Shown one piece after another: positions 25,766 through 35,714 of a stretch of 64,000 nt of DNA (position 1 is its first letter; every line of letters starts with the position of its first letter). The stretch is from positions 17,162 through 81,161 of IMG/VR virus record IMGVR_UViG_3300025096_002738; one strand, 5' to 3'. Under the pieces are notes generated by a model, which saw only the letters and a list, made by a program, of their open reading frames with translations, had not been told where the DNA came from and did no database searches. This DNA comes from a virus. Position numbers and translations under genes: made by a program.

Positions 25766-26743
25766 ATGAAAAAGGCTTTAATTACCGGCATCAGCGGCCA
25801 GGACGGCAGCTACCTTACAGAATATCTACTTTCTTTAGGATATGAGGTACACGGTGTGGTGCGACGGCACTCAGTGGCGGAAAACCAGAACCACCGACTT
25901 CACAAGAGCAACATAAATGATCATGACCGTGTTCACACATATTATGGCGATCTTTTAGATTATCCTTCTCTCATCAGAATTGTACAGCAAGTCCAGCCTG
26001 ACGAAATCTATAATCTCGGCGCCATGAGCCACGTTCGTATTAGTTTCGATGTGCCATCCTTTACAATCCAGACAAACGCTTTAGGCGTATTGAACATGCT
26101 TGAGGTTTATCGGACTTGTGCGCCAGAGGCCAAGTTTTATCAGGCTAGTTCGTCAGAAATGTTTGGCAACTCAGTCGATGACGATGGTGTCCAGCGTCTT
26201 ACTACACCCATGAACCCTGTTAGCCCTTATGGGTGCGCCAAGGTTATGGGATTCAACCTTGTGCGCCACTATAGGCACGCTTACAAGCTACATGCATGTA
26301 ATGGTATTCTCTTTAATCACGAATCTCCACGCAGAGGTTCTAACTTTGTGACCAATAAGGTCGTCAAAGGCGCCGTCTCGATCGCTAAGGGTTTGCAAAC
26401 TAAGCTTGAGCTAGGAAACATGGACTCATATCGCGATTGGGGACACTCAAAGGACTACGTTCGTGCCATGCACGCCATCGTTAACCACGATGTTGCAGAT
26501 GAGTTTATTGTAGCCACCGGTGAGACTCACTCTGTCAGAGAACTGTGTGACACTGTGTTCAGCAAGCTTGGGATGAATTACGAAGACTATATTGTCCAGA
26601 ACCCAAAATACATGCGCCCCGAAGAGTTGAAGTACCTCAAGGGGGACCCGTCTAAGTCCCACGAGGTTTTAGGCTGGAAGCCTGACTATACCTTCGATAG
26701 CATGATGGACGAGATGATAGACAGATGGTTAGCGGAACTGTAG
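25766..26743 (+). CDS. gmd: GDP-mannose 4,6-dehydratase
   Basis: ALITGISGQDGSYL, QASSSEMFG, SPYGCAK, ILFNHESPRRG, RDWGH. Confidence 0.96.
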   Translation: MKKALITGISGQDGSYLTEYLLSLGYEVHGVVRRHSVAENQNHRLHKSNINDHDRVHTYYGDLLDYPSLIRIVQQVQPDEIYNLGAMSHVRISFDVPSFTIQTNALGVLNMLEVYRTCAPEAKFYQASSSEMFGNSVDDDGVQRLTTPMNPVSPYGCAKVMGFNLVRHYRHAYKLHACNGILFNHESPRRGSNFVTNKVVKGAVSIAKGLQTKLELGNMDSYRDWGHSKDYVRAMHAIVNHDVADEFIVATGETHSVRELCDTVFSKLGMNYEDYIVQNPKYMRPEELKYLKGDPSKSHEVLGWKPDYTFDSMMDEMIDRWLAEL

Positions 26744-26952
26744 CATACAAAAAAGGTGACCTGATCAAGTGGTATGAATACTACGCCGACGGCTTTATGG
26801 TGCGTGACGCAGGCTACGGTATTATAATCAGGAAGACGCCGCTGCCTACACGCTGTGGCATTCACGCAGGATTATATCGAGTATTCCGTATGTCCTATTC
26901 TGATGTTACAACATTTTCTGGTAATGAAATGGAGAAAGTATATGATACATAA
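26725..26952 (+). CDS. Small SH3/KOW-like hypothetical protein inserted in the glyco island
   Basis: YKKGDLIKW..GYGIII, similar to 5995-6249. Confidence 0.55.
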   Translation: MVSGTVAYKKGDLIKWYEYYADGFMVRDAGYGIIIRKTPLPTRCGIHAGLYRVFRMSYSDVTTFSGNEMEKVYDT

Positions 26953-28840
26953 AAAGCGACTATGCATACTTCAGGTGGCCCCGACCCACCCGGATCCGCT
27001 CCATGTTGAAATGTTTCGTGACAAAGAAGAATGCGATTTCTATTTTGTAACTCACGATAAAGAACATCCCGACGCCCTCCAGTTTTGTCCCAACACAACA
27101 TGGACCGACACGAGGAACATTCTAGCCGCCAAGGTTCCCAAAGACTATGAGTATTATGCTTTCGTAGATTATGACTATATCTTTCGTCCCCAGCGAGATC
27201 TTGGGCCCCTAGAGCAGATTTTAGAGGATTTAGAAGAATACAATCCGGCGGTTCTTACATATTATCCGGGCACCGGACTGACTACTCCGTTCGCACAAAA
27301 CACAGAGTATAGAGATAGCACGAGCGCCTCCGTGCTGCCATTCAGTCACTGTGGAATGAAGGTGACCCATCACAGCTTGATGAGTTGGTTTTTCCCAATG
27401 GTTACTCGGTTCGGAGGAGGGGTTGAAGCATGTCACCTATTCAATATTCTAGAAATTCCTTTCCTGAAACATGTCGTTTGCAGCCACAAGATGGTATATG
27501 ACAACGGTTTTACCGATGAAGAAGCCCCACATAATCTAGACGGAGCTTGGAATAAATACAGAATGGATGAGATGTGGAAATGGATAAGGCCTGCATTTAA
27601 AAAGGTCGCTGCCATTGACTCATATGCCCAGACTGAGGCAGCTAAACTGGATTCTCTACTGCCAAAGGCGGCATTTGTTAATCTGTTTCTTGCCAAAAAC
27701 ATAACCCCCAGTCATTCTGAGCCACGCGAAAGTTACTTGGATCTAGAACTTCTAAACAAGTTTTTTGATTTGTCGCATGAACGGTTCCTAAACATAGGGC
27801 TATCTTTAGAAAAAAGAGAAGAATCTCCCGAAGCACTAAAAACAGTACGAGAACATGTATCAAATATAACATTTAATGAGCTAAAAACAACTGAAGATCC
27901 CTGGCTAGCCATTTCACGGAACATTAATGAGCACATTGTGGGGGCCAGAAAGTTTACTGTAAATGAGATTGTAGAAGAATATCAACGTTCGGCGCCGCCC
28001 TCTTTGTTTAAAAACAGTTGCGCAGTTAATGAAGATATATTACAATACTTAAAAGATAAAAGAGTGGCGATCGTCGGACCTGCGCCCTATCTGCGTAAAT
28101 TGAACAAAGGTGGGGAAATCGACGGTTATGACGTAATTGTACGAATTCAACATGACATACCAAATACAGAAGATTATGGTTCACGAACGGATATAGTGCA
28201 GAGTTGTCTTAACTCAAATTACGGACCTCCGGTAACTGAACACTTGCGTTCGTTGCCGCTCGACTGCCGCCCCAAGTTTGTTATATGTAATGACACTGCT
28301 AGCGAACAGAAGCCCGACGGGTCTTGGGCGTTTGTTGACGAAGTGTACGAAGCAACCCTGGCCGACTTAGATGTACCTCTAGTTCACTTGAGAAACAAGG
28401 ATGGCACCTGGGACCGATGGAACTTATATTGGGAAGTATACCCAAAAGAGCACATTGAGTATTTTGGATTAAACAAATACTCATATCATACCGCAAACTT
28501 TAATTCGGGTTATGGCGCCCTCAACTATTTATTGCGTTATCCGATTAAGGAGCTTGGGGTATTTGGAATAGATTTTTATAACTGTGCCGTCCCGCAGTCC
28601 AACGAAGCGAAGTATAACGAAGAATACATTAAAACTTATGGTAACGAAGGGCGCTCACTGGGTCCAAGCCTGCTTCTGCATGACCAGATGTCCCAAATGC
28701 TACACTGCAAAAACGTATTGCTACAGGACGAACGATTTAACTTAGATCCGATAGTGAAAGAAAAACTTCTTTCTGATGAGGTAACTCAAAGATTGACCGC
28801 TTTTAAGTCGCTGCCAAAATTTAAACATGAGACAAGATAA
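26942..28840 (+). CDS. Two-domain glycosyltransferase: N-terminal GT-A-like plus C-terminal GT29 sialyltransferase-like domain
   Basis: YAFVDYD (DxD); KRVAIVGPAPYL..GGEIDGYDVIVRI..DYGSRTD (sialylmotif L-like); NSG..AL..L....ELGVFGIDFY (motif S-like); HD. Confidence 0.65.
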   Translation: MIHKKRLCILQVAPTHPDPLHVEMFRDKEECDFYFVTHDKEHPDALQFCPNTTWTDTRNILAAKVPKDYEYYAFVDYDYIFRPQRDLGPLEQILEDLEEYNPAVLTYYPGTGLTTPFAQNTEYRDSTSASVLPFSHCGMKVTHHSLMSWFFPMVTRFGGGVEACHLFNILEIPFLKHVVCSHKMVYDNGFTDEEAPHNLDGAWNKYRMDEMWKWIRPAFKKVAAIDSYAQTEAAKLDSLLPKAAFVNLFLAKNITPSHSEPRESYLDLELLNKFFDLSHERFLNIGLSLEKREESPEALKTVREHVSNITFNELKTTEDPWLAISRNINEHIVGARKFTVNEIVEEYQRSAPPSLFKNSCAVNEDILQYLKDKRVAIVGPAPYLRKLNKGGEIDGYDVIVRIQHDIPNTEDYGSRTDIVQSCLNSNYGPPVTEHLRSLPLDCRPKFVICNDTASEQKPDGSWAFVDEVYEATLADLDVPLVHLRNKDGTWDRWNLYWEVYPKEHIEYFGLNKYSYHTANFNSGYGALNYLLRYPIKELGVFGIDFYNCAVPQSNEAKYNEEYIKTYGNEGRSLGPSLLLHDQMSQMLHCKNVLLQDERFNLDPIVKEKLLSDEVTQRLTAFKSLPKFKHETR

Positions 28841-29271
28841 TGGGAATAAAAACACATTCTGACAGCGATTTAATAAGCGTATTGGAGAAGGACGGTGTTC
28901 CTTTTTCCGAACTTGATAAATATGAAAATTGTTCAACTGTGAATTTAAGAGACCTCCGCGAAGATCTAGGAATGGGCTCGTGGGCAGTGCGAATTGCATA
29001 TAATGATCGCTTTGGAGGGGTTATAATCCAACAGCACCCTGGAGAAGGTAACCGAAAGCATTTTCACCCCGATGCTGATGAGAATTGGGTCATTCTAGAT
29101 GGTGAATGGGAGTGGTGGATTGAGGGAACCGGTACGCAGACTGTTCGTACAAACGACATCGTCGTCGTTCCGAAAGGTGTTTGGCACAAGATAACATGCG
29201 TAGGTAATTCACCGGGAGTACGGTATGCCGTTACTCAGCCGGATGTTGAACATGTTTATGAAGATGAGTGA
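28840..29271 (+). CDS. Cupin domain protein
   Basis: HFHPDADENWVILDG..VPKGVWHKI. Confidence 0.85.
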   Translation: MGIKTHSDSDLISVLEKDGVPFSELDKYENCSTVNLRDLREDLGMGSWAVRIAYNDRFGGVIIQQHPGEGNRKHFHPDADENWVILDGEWEWWIEGTGTQTVRTNDIVVVPKGVWHKITCVGNSPGVRYAVTQPDVEHVYEDE

Positions 29272-29980
29272 TACGACATACAACTTTTGTGACAAAACAG
29301 TTTTAATATTTGGCGGCAGCCGCGGCATCGGAAGAGAAATATCTCTTCAGTTTAGAACCTCCGGCGCCATTGTTTATTGTGCCTCTAGAACAGATCCCGC
29401 ACTCCCTGGTATAAAGCACTTGCAATGCGACATGTCTCATGAAAAGGAAATTCTACGTGTTTTCGAACAGTTAAAGAATGTCGACTTTGTGATAAATGTG
29501 GCTGCTACCAATCTATGTGAGCCAATCGATTCTATCGACGTCCAGGAATGGGATAGGCTAATGGACATAAATCTAAGGTCTTTCTTTGTTAGCTGCAAGT
29601 CTGCCGTCAAGATGATGAAGAGGAACGGTGTCTCTGGGAGAATCGTTAACATCTCTTCTATTGCCGGCCGCCACAAGAGCGTTGTCAGCGGTGTACACTA
29701 CACATCAAGCAAATATGGCATTATTGGACTCACTAAACAGCTATCTCATGAAGTAGCCAAGGACAATATATTAGTAAATTGTGTATGCCCAAGTCAAACA
29801 ATGACTGAGATGTTGGCCGCATCCATGACACCTGAGCAGCTTGAAGAGTTGTCATCGAAGATACCTGTCCGCCGCATAGCTACGCCGAGAGAACAGGCTC
29901 AGCCAGTGCTATTCTTGTGTTCAAACGCTGCCTCATATATCACTGGCACAACTTTAGACATAAACGGAGGACAGTTCTGA
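29264..29980 (+). CDS. Short-chain dehydrogenase/reductase (FabG-like)
   Basis: GGSRGIG, VNISS, YTSSK, VNCVCP, DINGG. Confidence 0.92.
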   Translation: MSDTTYNFCDKTVLIFGGSRGIGREISLQFRTSGAIVYCASRTDPALPGIKHLQCDMSHEKEILRVFEQLKNVDFVINVAATNLCEPIDSIDVQEWDRLMDINLRSFFVSCKSAVKMMKRNGVSGRIVNISSIAGRHKSVVSGVHYTSSKYGIIGLTKQLSHEVAKDNILVNCVCPSQTMTEMLAASMTPEQLEELSSKIPVRRIATPREQAQPVLFLCSNAASYITGTTLDINGGQF

Positions 29981-30645
29981 TGGCAAGAGATACAGACATA
30001 AATGTTTTGATAGCAGTTCGTGGGGGCTCAAAAAGGGTCCCACGTAAGAATATACGCCCGTTTGCTGGCTCATCTATGCTACACCTCAAAGTCGAGCAGG
30101 CAATGCGCCTAGAGGGCATTAGCGACGTTGTAGTGACGTCTGATGACGATGAGATGCTTGAAATAGCCGCCCGCCTTGGCGCGACAACCATGAAGAGGGA
30201 TCCTTATTATGCTAGTGATACGGTGCCGATGGGAGATGTCTATGTTCATCTAGCCTCAAGCTTGGATTGTAAAGATATTCTATGGACCCCAGTAACAAGC
30301 CCGCTAGTGCGAGACGAAACAGTACAAGAGTGTATTGATATATATCGGAATTTACCAGAGTATGACTCAGTGGTGACCACCAATATCATTAAGGAATACA
30401 TGTGGTACAATAACGAGGCAATCAACTACGATCCCGAGAACCATCCCCGTTCACAGGATCTTCCAGATATCTATGCATTAAATTTCGCTGTCAATATCTT
30501 GCCAAGAGAACTGATGATTAAAAATAGGAATATTCTTGGAGACGACTTTTATGCGCACATGCTGGATGAAGTTGAAGCATTGGACGTAGACACAGAATAT
30601 GAGTTTATGTTGGCAGAAATTTTGTACGAGAAAATAAGAGAATAA
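29980..30645 (+). CDS. Acylneuraminate (CMP-ulosonate) cytidylyltransferase, NeuA-like
   Basis: AVRGGSKRVPRKN, TSP, RSQDLP, LDVDT. Confidence 0.9.
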   Translation: MARDTDINVLIAVRGGSKRVPRKNIRPFAGSSMLHLKVEQAMRLEGISDVVVTSDDDEMLEIAARLGATTMKRDPYYASDTVPMGDVYVHLASSLDCKDILWTPVTSPLVRDETVQECIDIYRNLPEYDSVVTTNIIKEYMWYNNEAINYDPENHPRSQDLPDIYALNFAVNILPRELMIKNRNILGDDFYAHMLDEVEALDVDTEYEFMLAEILYEKIRE

Positions 30646-30646
30646 T

Positions 30647-31576
30647 ATGAAAAACATAAAAGTGTTTATCGTCACTTACAGGCGTACCGATATTCTAAAC
30701 AAGACTCTTAACACATTGTTTAATGAGACGGATTTTGCTTCTATTCCCAATACTGAGGTCAATATAATTAATAATCATTCTGAGTTTCATTTGAATGAAG
30801 AGTTTGTTGACAAGGTGAATGTTCTTCACAATACCACGCGCCCGGATTGGGATACTGGCAATCTTGCACGCAATTGGAACGAAGCGCTCCTTCACGGATT
30901 TAAAGACCTAAACAACCCAGATGCCAAGATTGTCGTTACAATGCAGAATGATATTGTACTACATCCTGCTTGGGCTACAAATCTCCTAAAAATGCACCAA
31001 AAGTATACGTTCGTTACTGGCCAGCTTGGAGACAACATTGTCAGTTATCGTCCCGAAGCAGTAAAGAAAATTGGAATGTGGGACGAGCGTTTTATAACGC
31101 CGGCAAATAAAGAAGCTGATTATTATATTAGAGCATTGATTTATAATAAAGAAAAATCCTTAATAAATGATAGAGTCCATGGTAGACTATTGAATGAACA
31201 TGATGCACTGGAGCTTGACACTTCAGAATATCAAGGCGGAGAGCCTACATGGCGCGAGATTAAGTCCAATGACAACAGCAAAGAAGGGTGGTTTCACACA
31301 TCCCAGATTTTCTATTGGAAATGGAAAGATACGTGGAAGACGCAACCAAGTTATTATGGATGGCTGACGCAATGGCCCAAAGACTTTATCGATAATCCCC
31401 CTACATCCCCTAAGATTCCAAATTTCGTGCAATACTATTACTTTGAAAAAGATATTGAGCTAAAAGACAAAAACTATATTGGATGGCGTCAAGGTGATTA
31501 TTGGTTAGATGCCAATAAGTGTTGCGATATAGATGTTCATCCATTTAAAGACGGCGAGAAATTTAGAAATGATTAA
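30647..31576 (+). CDS. Glycosyltransferase family 2-like protein
   Basis: IVTYRR, INNHS, LARNWN, MQND, IGMWDERF..KEADY. Confidence 0.75.
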   Translation: MKNIKVFIVTYRRTDILNKTLNTLFNETDFASIPNTEVNIINNHSEFHLNEEFVDKVNVLHNTTRPDWDTGNLARNWNEALLHGFKDLNNPDAKIVVTMQNDIVLHPAWATNLLKMHQKYTFVTGQLGDNIVSYRPEAVKKIGMWDERFITPANKEADYYIRALIYNKEKSLINDRVHGRLLNEHDALELDTSEYQGGEPTWREIKSNDNSKEGWFHTSQIFYWKWKDTWKTQPSYYGWLTQWPKDFIDNPPTSPKIPNFVQYYYFEKDIELKDKNYIGWRQGDYWLDANKCCDIDVHPFKDGEKFRND

Positions 31577-32939
31577 ATTGGTAGTTTTTGATTTGGACGG
31601 AGTGCTAGTTGATGCACGAGAATTGCACTATGAAGCACTTAATGAGGCCCTAGCTGACGTTGGTGAAGAATACGTAATTAATCGTGCTGAGCATCTTTCC
31701 ACTTATGATGGGCTTTCGACATCTAAAAAGCTGTCTATGTTGACAAAAAACAAAGGATTGCCCGAAGAGTTACACAATGCTGTTTGGAAACTAAAGCAGA
31801 GAAAGACCATAGAAATCATCGATGCCTTTACTCCAGACGAAAGAATGATTCGTATACTTAAGCGCCTCAAGAATGATGGCTATACTCTGGCATGCGCAAC
31901 TAACTCTATCAGAGAGACAGCAAAGTTACAGCTTATCCGCCGCGGCTTTTTTGAGCACCTGGATTTTCTGTACTCTAACCAAGATGTAGAAAAGCCTAAG
32001 CCAAGTGCTGAAATATACATGCGTAGCATGTTACGTGCCGGCGCCGATCCAGATGAGACGGTTATTGTTGAGGACTCCCATCATGGAAGAAAAGCCGCTT
32101 TATGCAGCGGCGCCCATCTTTGTGCTGTTAAGAACAGTGAAGATGTAACTTATGACAAGATTAGAGAGGTAATAGATGCTGCAAGCGGAAAAGACAAAAC
32201 AAGACCTAAATGGCAAGGAGGAAAGATGAATGTTTTAATTCCAATGGCGGGTGCCGGTTCGAGATTTCAGAAGGCAGGATATACTTTTCCTAAGCCCCTG
32301 ATCGAAGTTAACGGTAAGCCGATGATTCAAGTAGTAGTGGAGAATCTCAATATTGATGCTCGACATATATTTGTTGTACAGAAGGAGCATTATGAAAGTT
32401 ACAACCTCAAGCATTTGCTAAATTTGATTTCCCCAGGTTGTGAGATTGTTCAGGTTGACGGCATGACCGAAGGGGCGGCTTGTACTACTCTATTGGCCAA
32501 GGAGTTTATTAACAATGATGAGCCACTGCTGTATGCCAACTCAGATCAATTTCTTGATTGGGACAGTAACGAGTTCATGTATTCTATGGAGGCCGACGAG
32601 GTTGACGGTGGCATGCTAACTTTTACAGCAACTCACCCAAAATGGAGTTTTGCCAAGTTAGGCGAAAAGGGATTCATTACTGAAGTAGCCGAAAAGAAGC
32701 CAATTAGTGACATAGCAACCACTGGGATATATTATTGGCGCCATGGTTCTGATTATGTCAAGTACGCCGAAGAGATGATACAGAAGGACATACGGGTGAA
32801 TAATGAATTTTATGTCTGCCCTGTCTTCAATCAAGCGATTGCTGATGGTAAGCGCATCAAGACATTTCATTTTGATGGCATGTGGGGAATAGGTACCCCG
32901 GAAGATTTGGATTACTTTAATAAGTTTCACGGAAAATAA
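31569..32939 (+). CDS. HAD phosphatase fused to a sugar-phosphate nucleotidyltransferase
   Basis: FDLDGVL..TNS..KP..VEDS; then LIPMAGAGSRF..PKPLI..EKKPIS..GTPEDL. Confidence 0.9.
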   Translation: MIKLVVFDLDGVLVDARELHYEALNEALADVGEEYVINRAEHLSTYDGLSTSKKLSMLTKNKGLPEELHNAVWKLKQRKTIEIIDAFTPDERMIRILKRLKNDGYTLACATNSIRETAKLQLIRRGFFEHLDFLYSNQDVEKPKPSAEIYMRSMLRAGADPDETVIVEDSHHGRKAALCSGAHLCAVKNSEDVTYDKIREVIDAASGKDKTRPKWQGGKMNVLIPMAGAGSRFQKAGYTFPKPLIEVNGKPMIQVVVENLNIDARHIFVVQKEHYESYNLKHLLNLISPGCEIVQVDGMTEGAACTTLLAKEFINNDEPLLYANSDQFLDWDSNEFMYSMEADEVDGGMLTFTATHPKWSFAKLGEKGFITEVAEKKPISDIATTGIYYWRHGSDYVKYAEEMIQKDIRVNNEFYVCPVFNQAIADGKRIKTFHFDGMWGIGTPEDLDYFNKFHGK

Positions 32940-33635
32940 ATGGATCTTAAAGAAATAGAAATTGTCGATACAACCCAGGGGTTATATGATTGCTTCAATG
33001 GCTTCATACTTAGCCCAGACACAAAAGTGTTTGGCAAGCTGCTAGCTAGAACCCTTTTATTTAGTCAAGTAAAAGACCTCCCTGGGGACATTGTTGAATG
33101 CGGCGTCTTTAAAGGCACAGGATTGCTTACTTTCCTCAAACTTAAGCGTTTTTTGTGCCCGAATACTGGAAAGAAGATCGTAGGCTTTGACTTCTTTAAC
33201 TCAGAAAAGCTTGTTGAAAGCCTTTCGGGTATCGATAAAGAGGCTATGAACACCCTATTTTGCCAGAGAAACTATAAGCATGAGTCCAATCAGGCACAGC
33301 TAATGGATGATTTTATCGCACAATGCGGCTTTGCAGAGCATGAATACGAGTTGGTAGCCGGCGACATTACCGAAACTGCCTCTAAATACGTATCAGAGCG
33401 CCCCGGCTTTAGGATTTCGCTGCTGTATATCGATTTAGATGTTGATATACCAACATATGAAGCACTAAACGCCATGTGGGATCGAGTAGTCAAAGGCGGA
33501 ATTGTAGTGTTTGATGAATATGCGTTTCACAAGTGGTCGGAAGCTGCTGGCGTTGATCGGTTTTTTGCAGACAAAGATGTGGAAATAAAAACCCTTAACT
33601 ACATCTGTCCCTCGGCATATGTGGTGAAGAAGTGA
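32940..33635 (+). CDS. TylF/MycF family O-methyltransferase
   Basis: PGDIVECGVFKG, GFDFF, LLYIDLD, GGIVVFDEY. Confidence 0.88.
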   Translation: MDLKEIEIVDTTQGLYDCFNGFILSPDTKVFGKLLARTLLFSQVKDLPGDIVECGVFKGTGLLTFLKLKRFLCPNTGKKIVGFDFFNSEKLVESLSGIDKEAMNTLFCQRNYKHESNQAQLMDDFIAQCGFAEHEYELVAGDITETASKYVSERPGFRISLLYIDLDVDIPTYEALNAMWDRVVKGGIVVFDEYAFHKWSEAAGVDRFFADKDVEIKTLNYICPSAYVVKK

Positions 33636-34081
33636 TTTTAATAGCTCATCGCGGTAATATCGATGGACCCAATCCAGAAATGGAAAATAGTTTACAATAT
33701 ATTGACAAAGCCATCGATAGCGGTTATAATGTAGAAATAGATATATGGGGCTCCTTAGTCGAAGGGCTATATCTTGGCCACGATGAGCCCCAATATGAAG
33801 TTTCACCTGATTGGATTTTTGAGAGAACAGAATATTTATGGTTTCATGCTAAAGACATCCCCGCACTATACACTTTCACGCAACAAGTCCGTGGATGTAA
33901 TGCGTTTTGGCATGAAGAAGACAAGCACACTCTGACGAGCGCAGGCTTCATCTGGGCTTACCCCGGAAGTATATTAACCCCTCGCTCTATTTGTGTAATG
34001 CCGGAACGCGTCCAATACTCGGAGACGGATTTGGCTGATTGTTTAGGCATCTGTTCAGATTATGTGAGTAAATATAGATGA
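33632..34081 (+). CDS. GDPD-like (PLC-like phosphodiesterase) short protein
   Basis: IAHRGN..EN, VEIDIW, LGHD, GICSD. Confidence 0.8.
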   Translation: MILIAHRGNIDGPNPEMENSLQYIDKAIDSGYNVEIDIWGSLVEGLYLGHDEPQYEVSPDWIFERTEYLWFHAKDIPALYTFTQQVRGCNAFWHEEDKHTLTSAGFIWAYPGSILTPRSICVMPERVQYSETDLADCLGICSDYVSKYR

Positions 34082-34755
34082 AATTAGCATGGCAACAAAT
34101 ACCGTCTCCCGTTGTTTCTGATCTATTATGCTTGAATAAGCTAGATGGAGTGGTTATTGATACCGAACACGCAGCTTATAACAATGAAACACTATACAAC
34201 TGTATTCAAGTTATCACATCACAGGATAAAACATGTTTTGTGCGCTTAACGGAGCCGAACAAGACTATGGTGAGAATGTGTCTAGACGCCGGCGCCGATG
34301 GGATCATCTTCTCAACAATCGAAACATCAGAACAATGCCGGCAAATCGCTGAGATATGCAAGTTTCCACGCTATGGCGGTAAGCGAGGGCTAGGACTCGT
34401 GCGCCAAAATCGTTGGGGTAACTCAGCCTTGATCAGCCGACCTCCGCAGATTGTGGTACAGGTAGAGACGAAAGAAGGTATCCAGAATATAGAAGAGATC
34501 TACTCCTTTGATTTTGATTTTTACATGATCGGTCCCTTCGATTTGTCAGCTAGCATGGGAGACCCTGGCAATTTTGATAATGAGAAGTACTTGAAGGCGC
34601 TGTCTTCAGTCAAGAAGGTGGTTCCAAATAACAAGATGGCTGTCCATGTTCCGACCGATGTAAAGAATCAGATTAAAAAATATGAAAACTATGGTATGAT
34701 AGCAGTAGGAATGGATACAACCGGATTATTGGAATTCTATAAGGAGATAATATGA
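34078..34755 (+). CDS. HpcH/HpaI class II pyruvate aldolase
   Basis: IDTEH, FVR, LDAGADGI, GKRG.G, QVET..G, IGPFDLSASMG. Confidence 0.9.
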   Translation: MKLAWQQIPSPVVSDLLCLNKLDGVVIDTEHAAYNNETLYNCIQVITSQDKTCFVRLTEPNKTMVRMCLDAGADGIIFSTIETSEQCRQIAEICKFPRYGGKRGLGLVRQNRWGNSALISRPPQIVVQVETKEGIQNIEEIYSFDFDFYMIGPFDLSASMGDPGNFDNEKYLKALSSVKKVVPNNKMAVHVPTDVKNQIKKYENYGMIAVGMDTTGLLEFYKEII

Positions 34756-35714
34756 AAGTAATTGTAACTACTTACCCATATAATTCTGAAAATATAGAAG
34801 TGAAGGCCGCCCTAGATGAACTTCGCAGCACCTACGGCATCGAAATCAAATTTAATCACTGCCGACGGAAGTATACTAAGCAAGAGCACTTGGAAATTCT
34901 CCAAGACGAAAAGCCTGACATTATAATCGCGGGTACTGAGTCATACGATGCAGAGCAACTTGACGTATGCGATAATCTCAAAATGATTTCACGCGTTGGA
35001 ATTGGATTAGATTCAGTTAATTTGGAAGAATGTAAGAAGCGCGGTATCGTGGTGACCAACACTCCTGACGCTCCAACTAATGCAGTGGCGGAGTTGACGC
35101 TGTCTCAGATCCTCTCTCTTCTACGTCTCAATCATACAGTAGACGCAGAGTTAAGGGCCGGAAACTGGACACGTTTTATTGGCCGTGAAATAGGCAATTG
35201 CTGCGTCGGTGTTGTCGGCAACGGGAGGATAGGTTCCTCGGTTATTGAGAAGATACAGGCGTTCTCTCCGCGAGAGATAATGTACGTTGACACCGACACA
35301 ACCAAACAAACCCATCCTGCTCATACATGGTCTACCAAACAACAGATCCTACAGCGCTGTGATATCATCACTCTCCATATCCCTTTGAATAAAGATAATA
35401 AGAATTACATAGGGCAACGAGAACTATCGTTGTTGAAAGAAGATGTTGTATTAATTAACACGTCACGCGGCTCAATCATCGATGAGGAAGAGCTATATTG
35501 GTTCCTAAAGAATAACCCACTCGCTAGCGCCGCTATTGATGTGTTTGAGAAAGAGCCATACGAGGGTAAACTGCTGGAACTCTCTAATATTCTTCTGTCC
35601 CCTCATCTTGGTTCCTGTACTCAAAATAGCCGCCTGTTAATGGAAAGCCGATCTGCATTGGCGGTTTTGAACTATCTCCAAGGCGCCTCTCTTTTGAGTG
35701 AGGTGGTAGCATGA
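34752..35714 (+). CDS. D-isomer-specific 2-hydroxyacid dehydrogenase (phosphoglycerate dehydrogenase-like)
   Basis: ISRVGIGLD, AVAE, GNGRIG, INTSRG, DVFEKEP, SPHLG. Confidence 0.9.
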   Translation: MKVIVTTYPYNSENIEVKAALDELRSTYGIEIKFNHCRRKYTKQEHLEILQDEKPDIIIAGTESYDAEQLDVCDNLKMISRVGIGLDSVNLEECKKRGIVVTNTPDAPTNAVAELTLSQILSLLRLNHTVDAELRAGNWTRFIGREIGNCCVGVVGNGRIGSSVIEKIQAFSPREIMYVDTDTTKQTHPAHTWSTKQQILQRCDIITLHIPLNKDNKNYIGQRELSLLKEDVVLINTSRGSIIDEEELYWFLKNNPLASAAIDVFEKEPYEGKLLELSNILLSPHLGSCTQNSRLLMESRSALAVLNYLQGASLLSEVVA

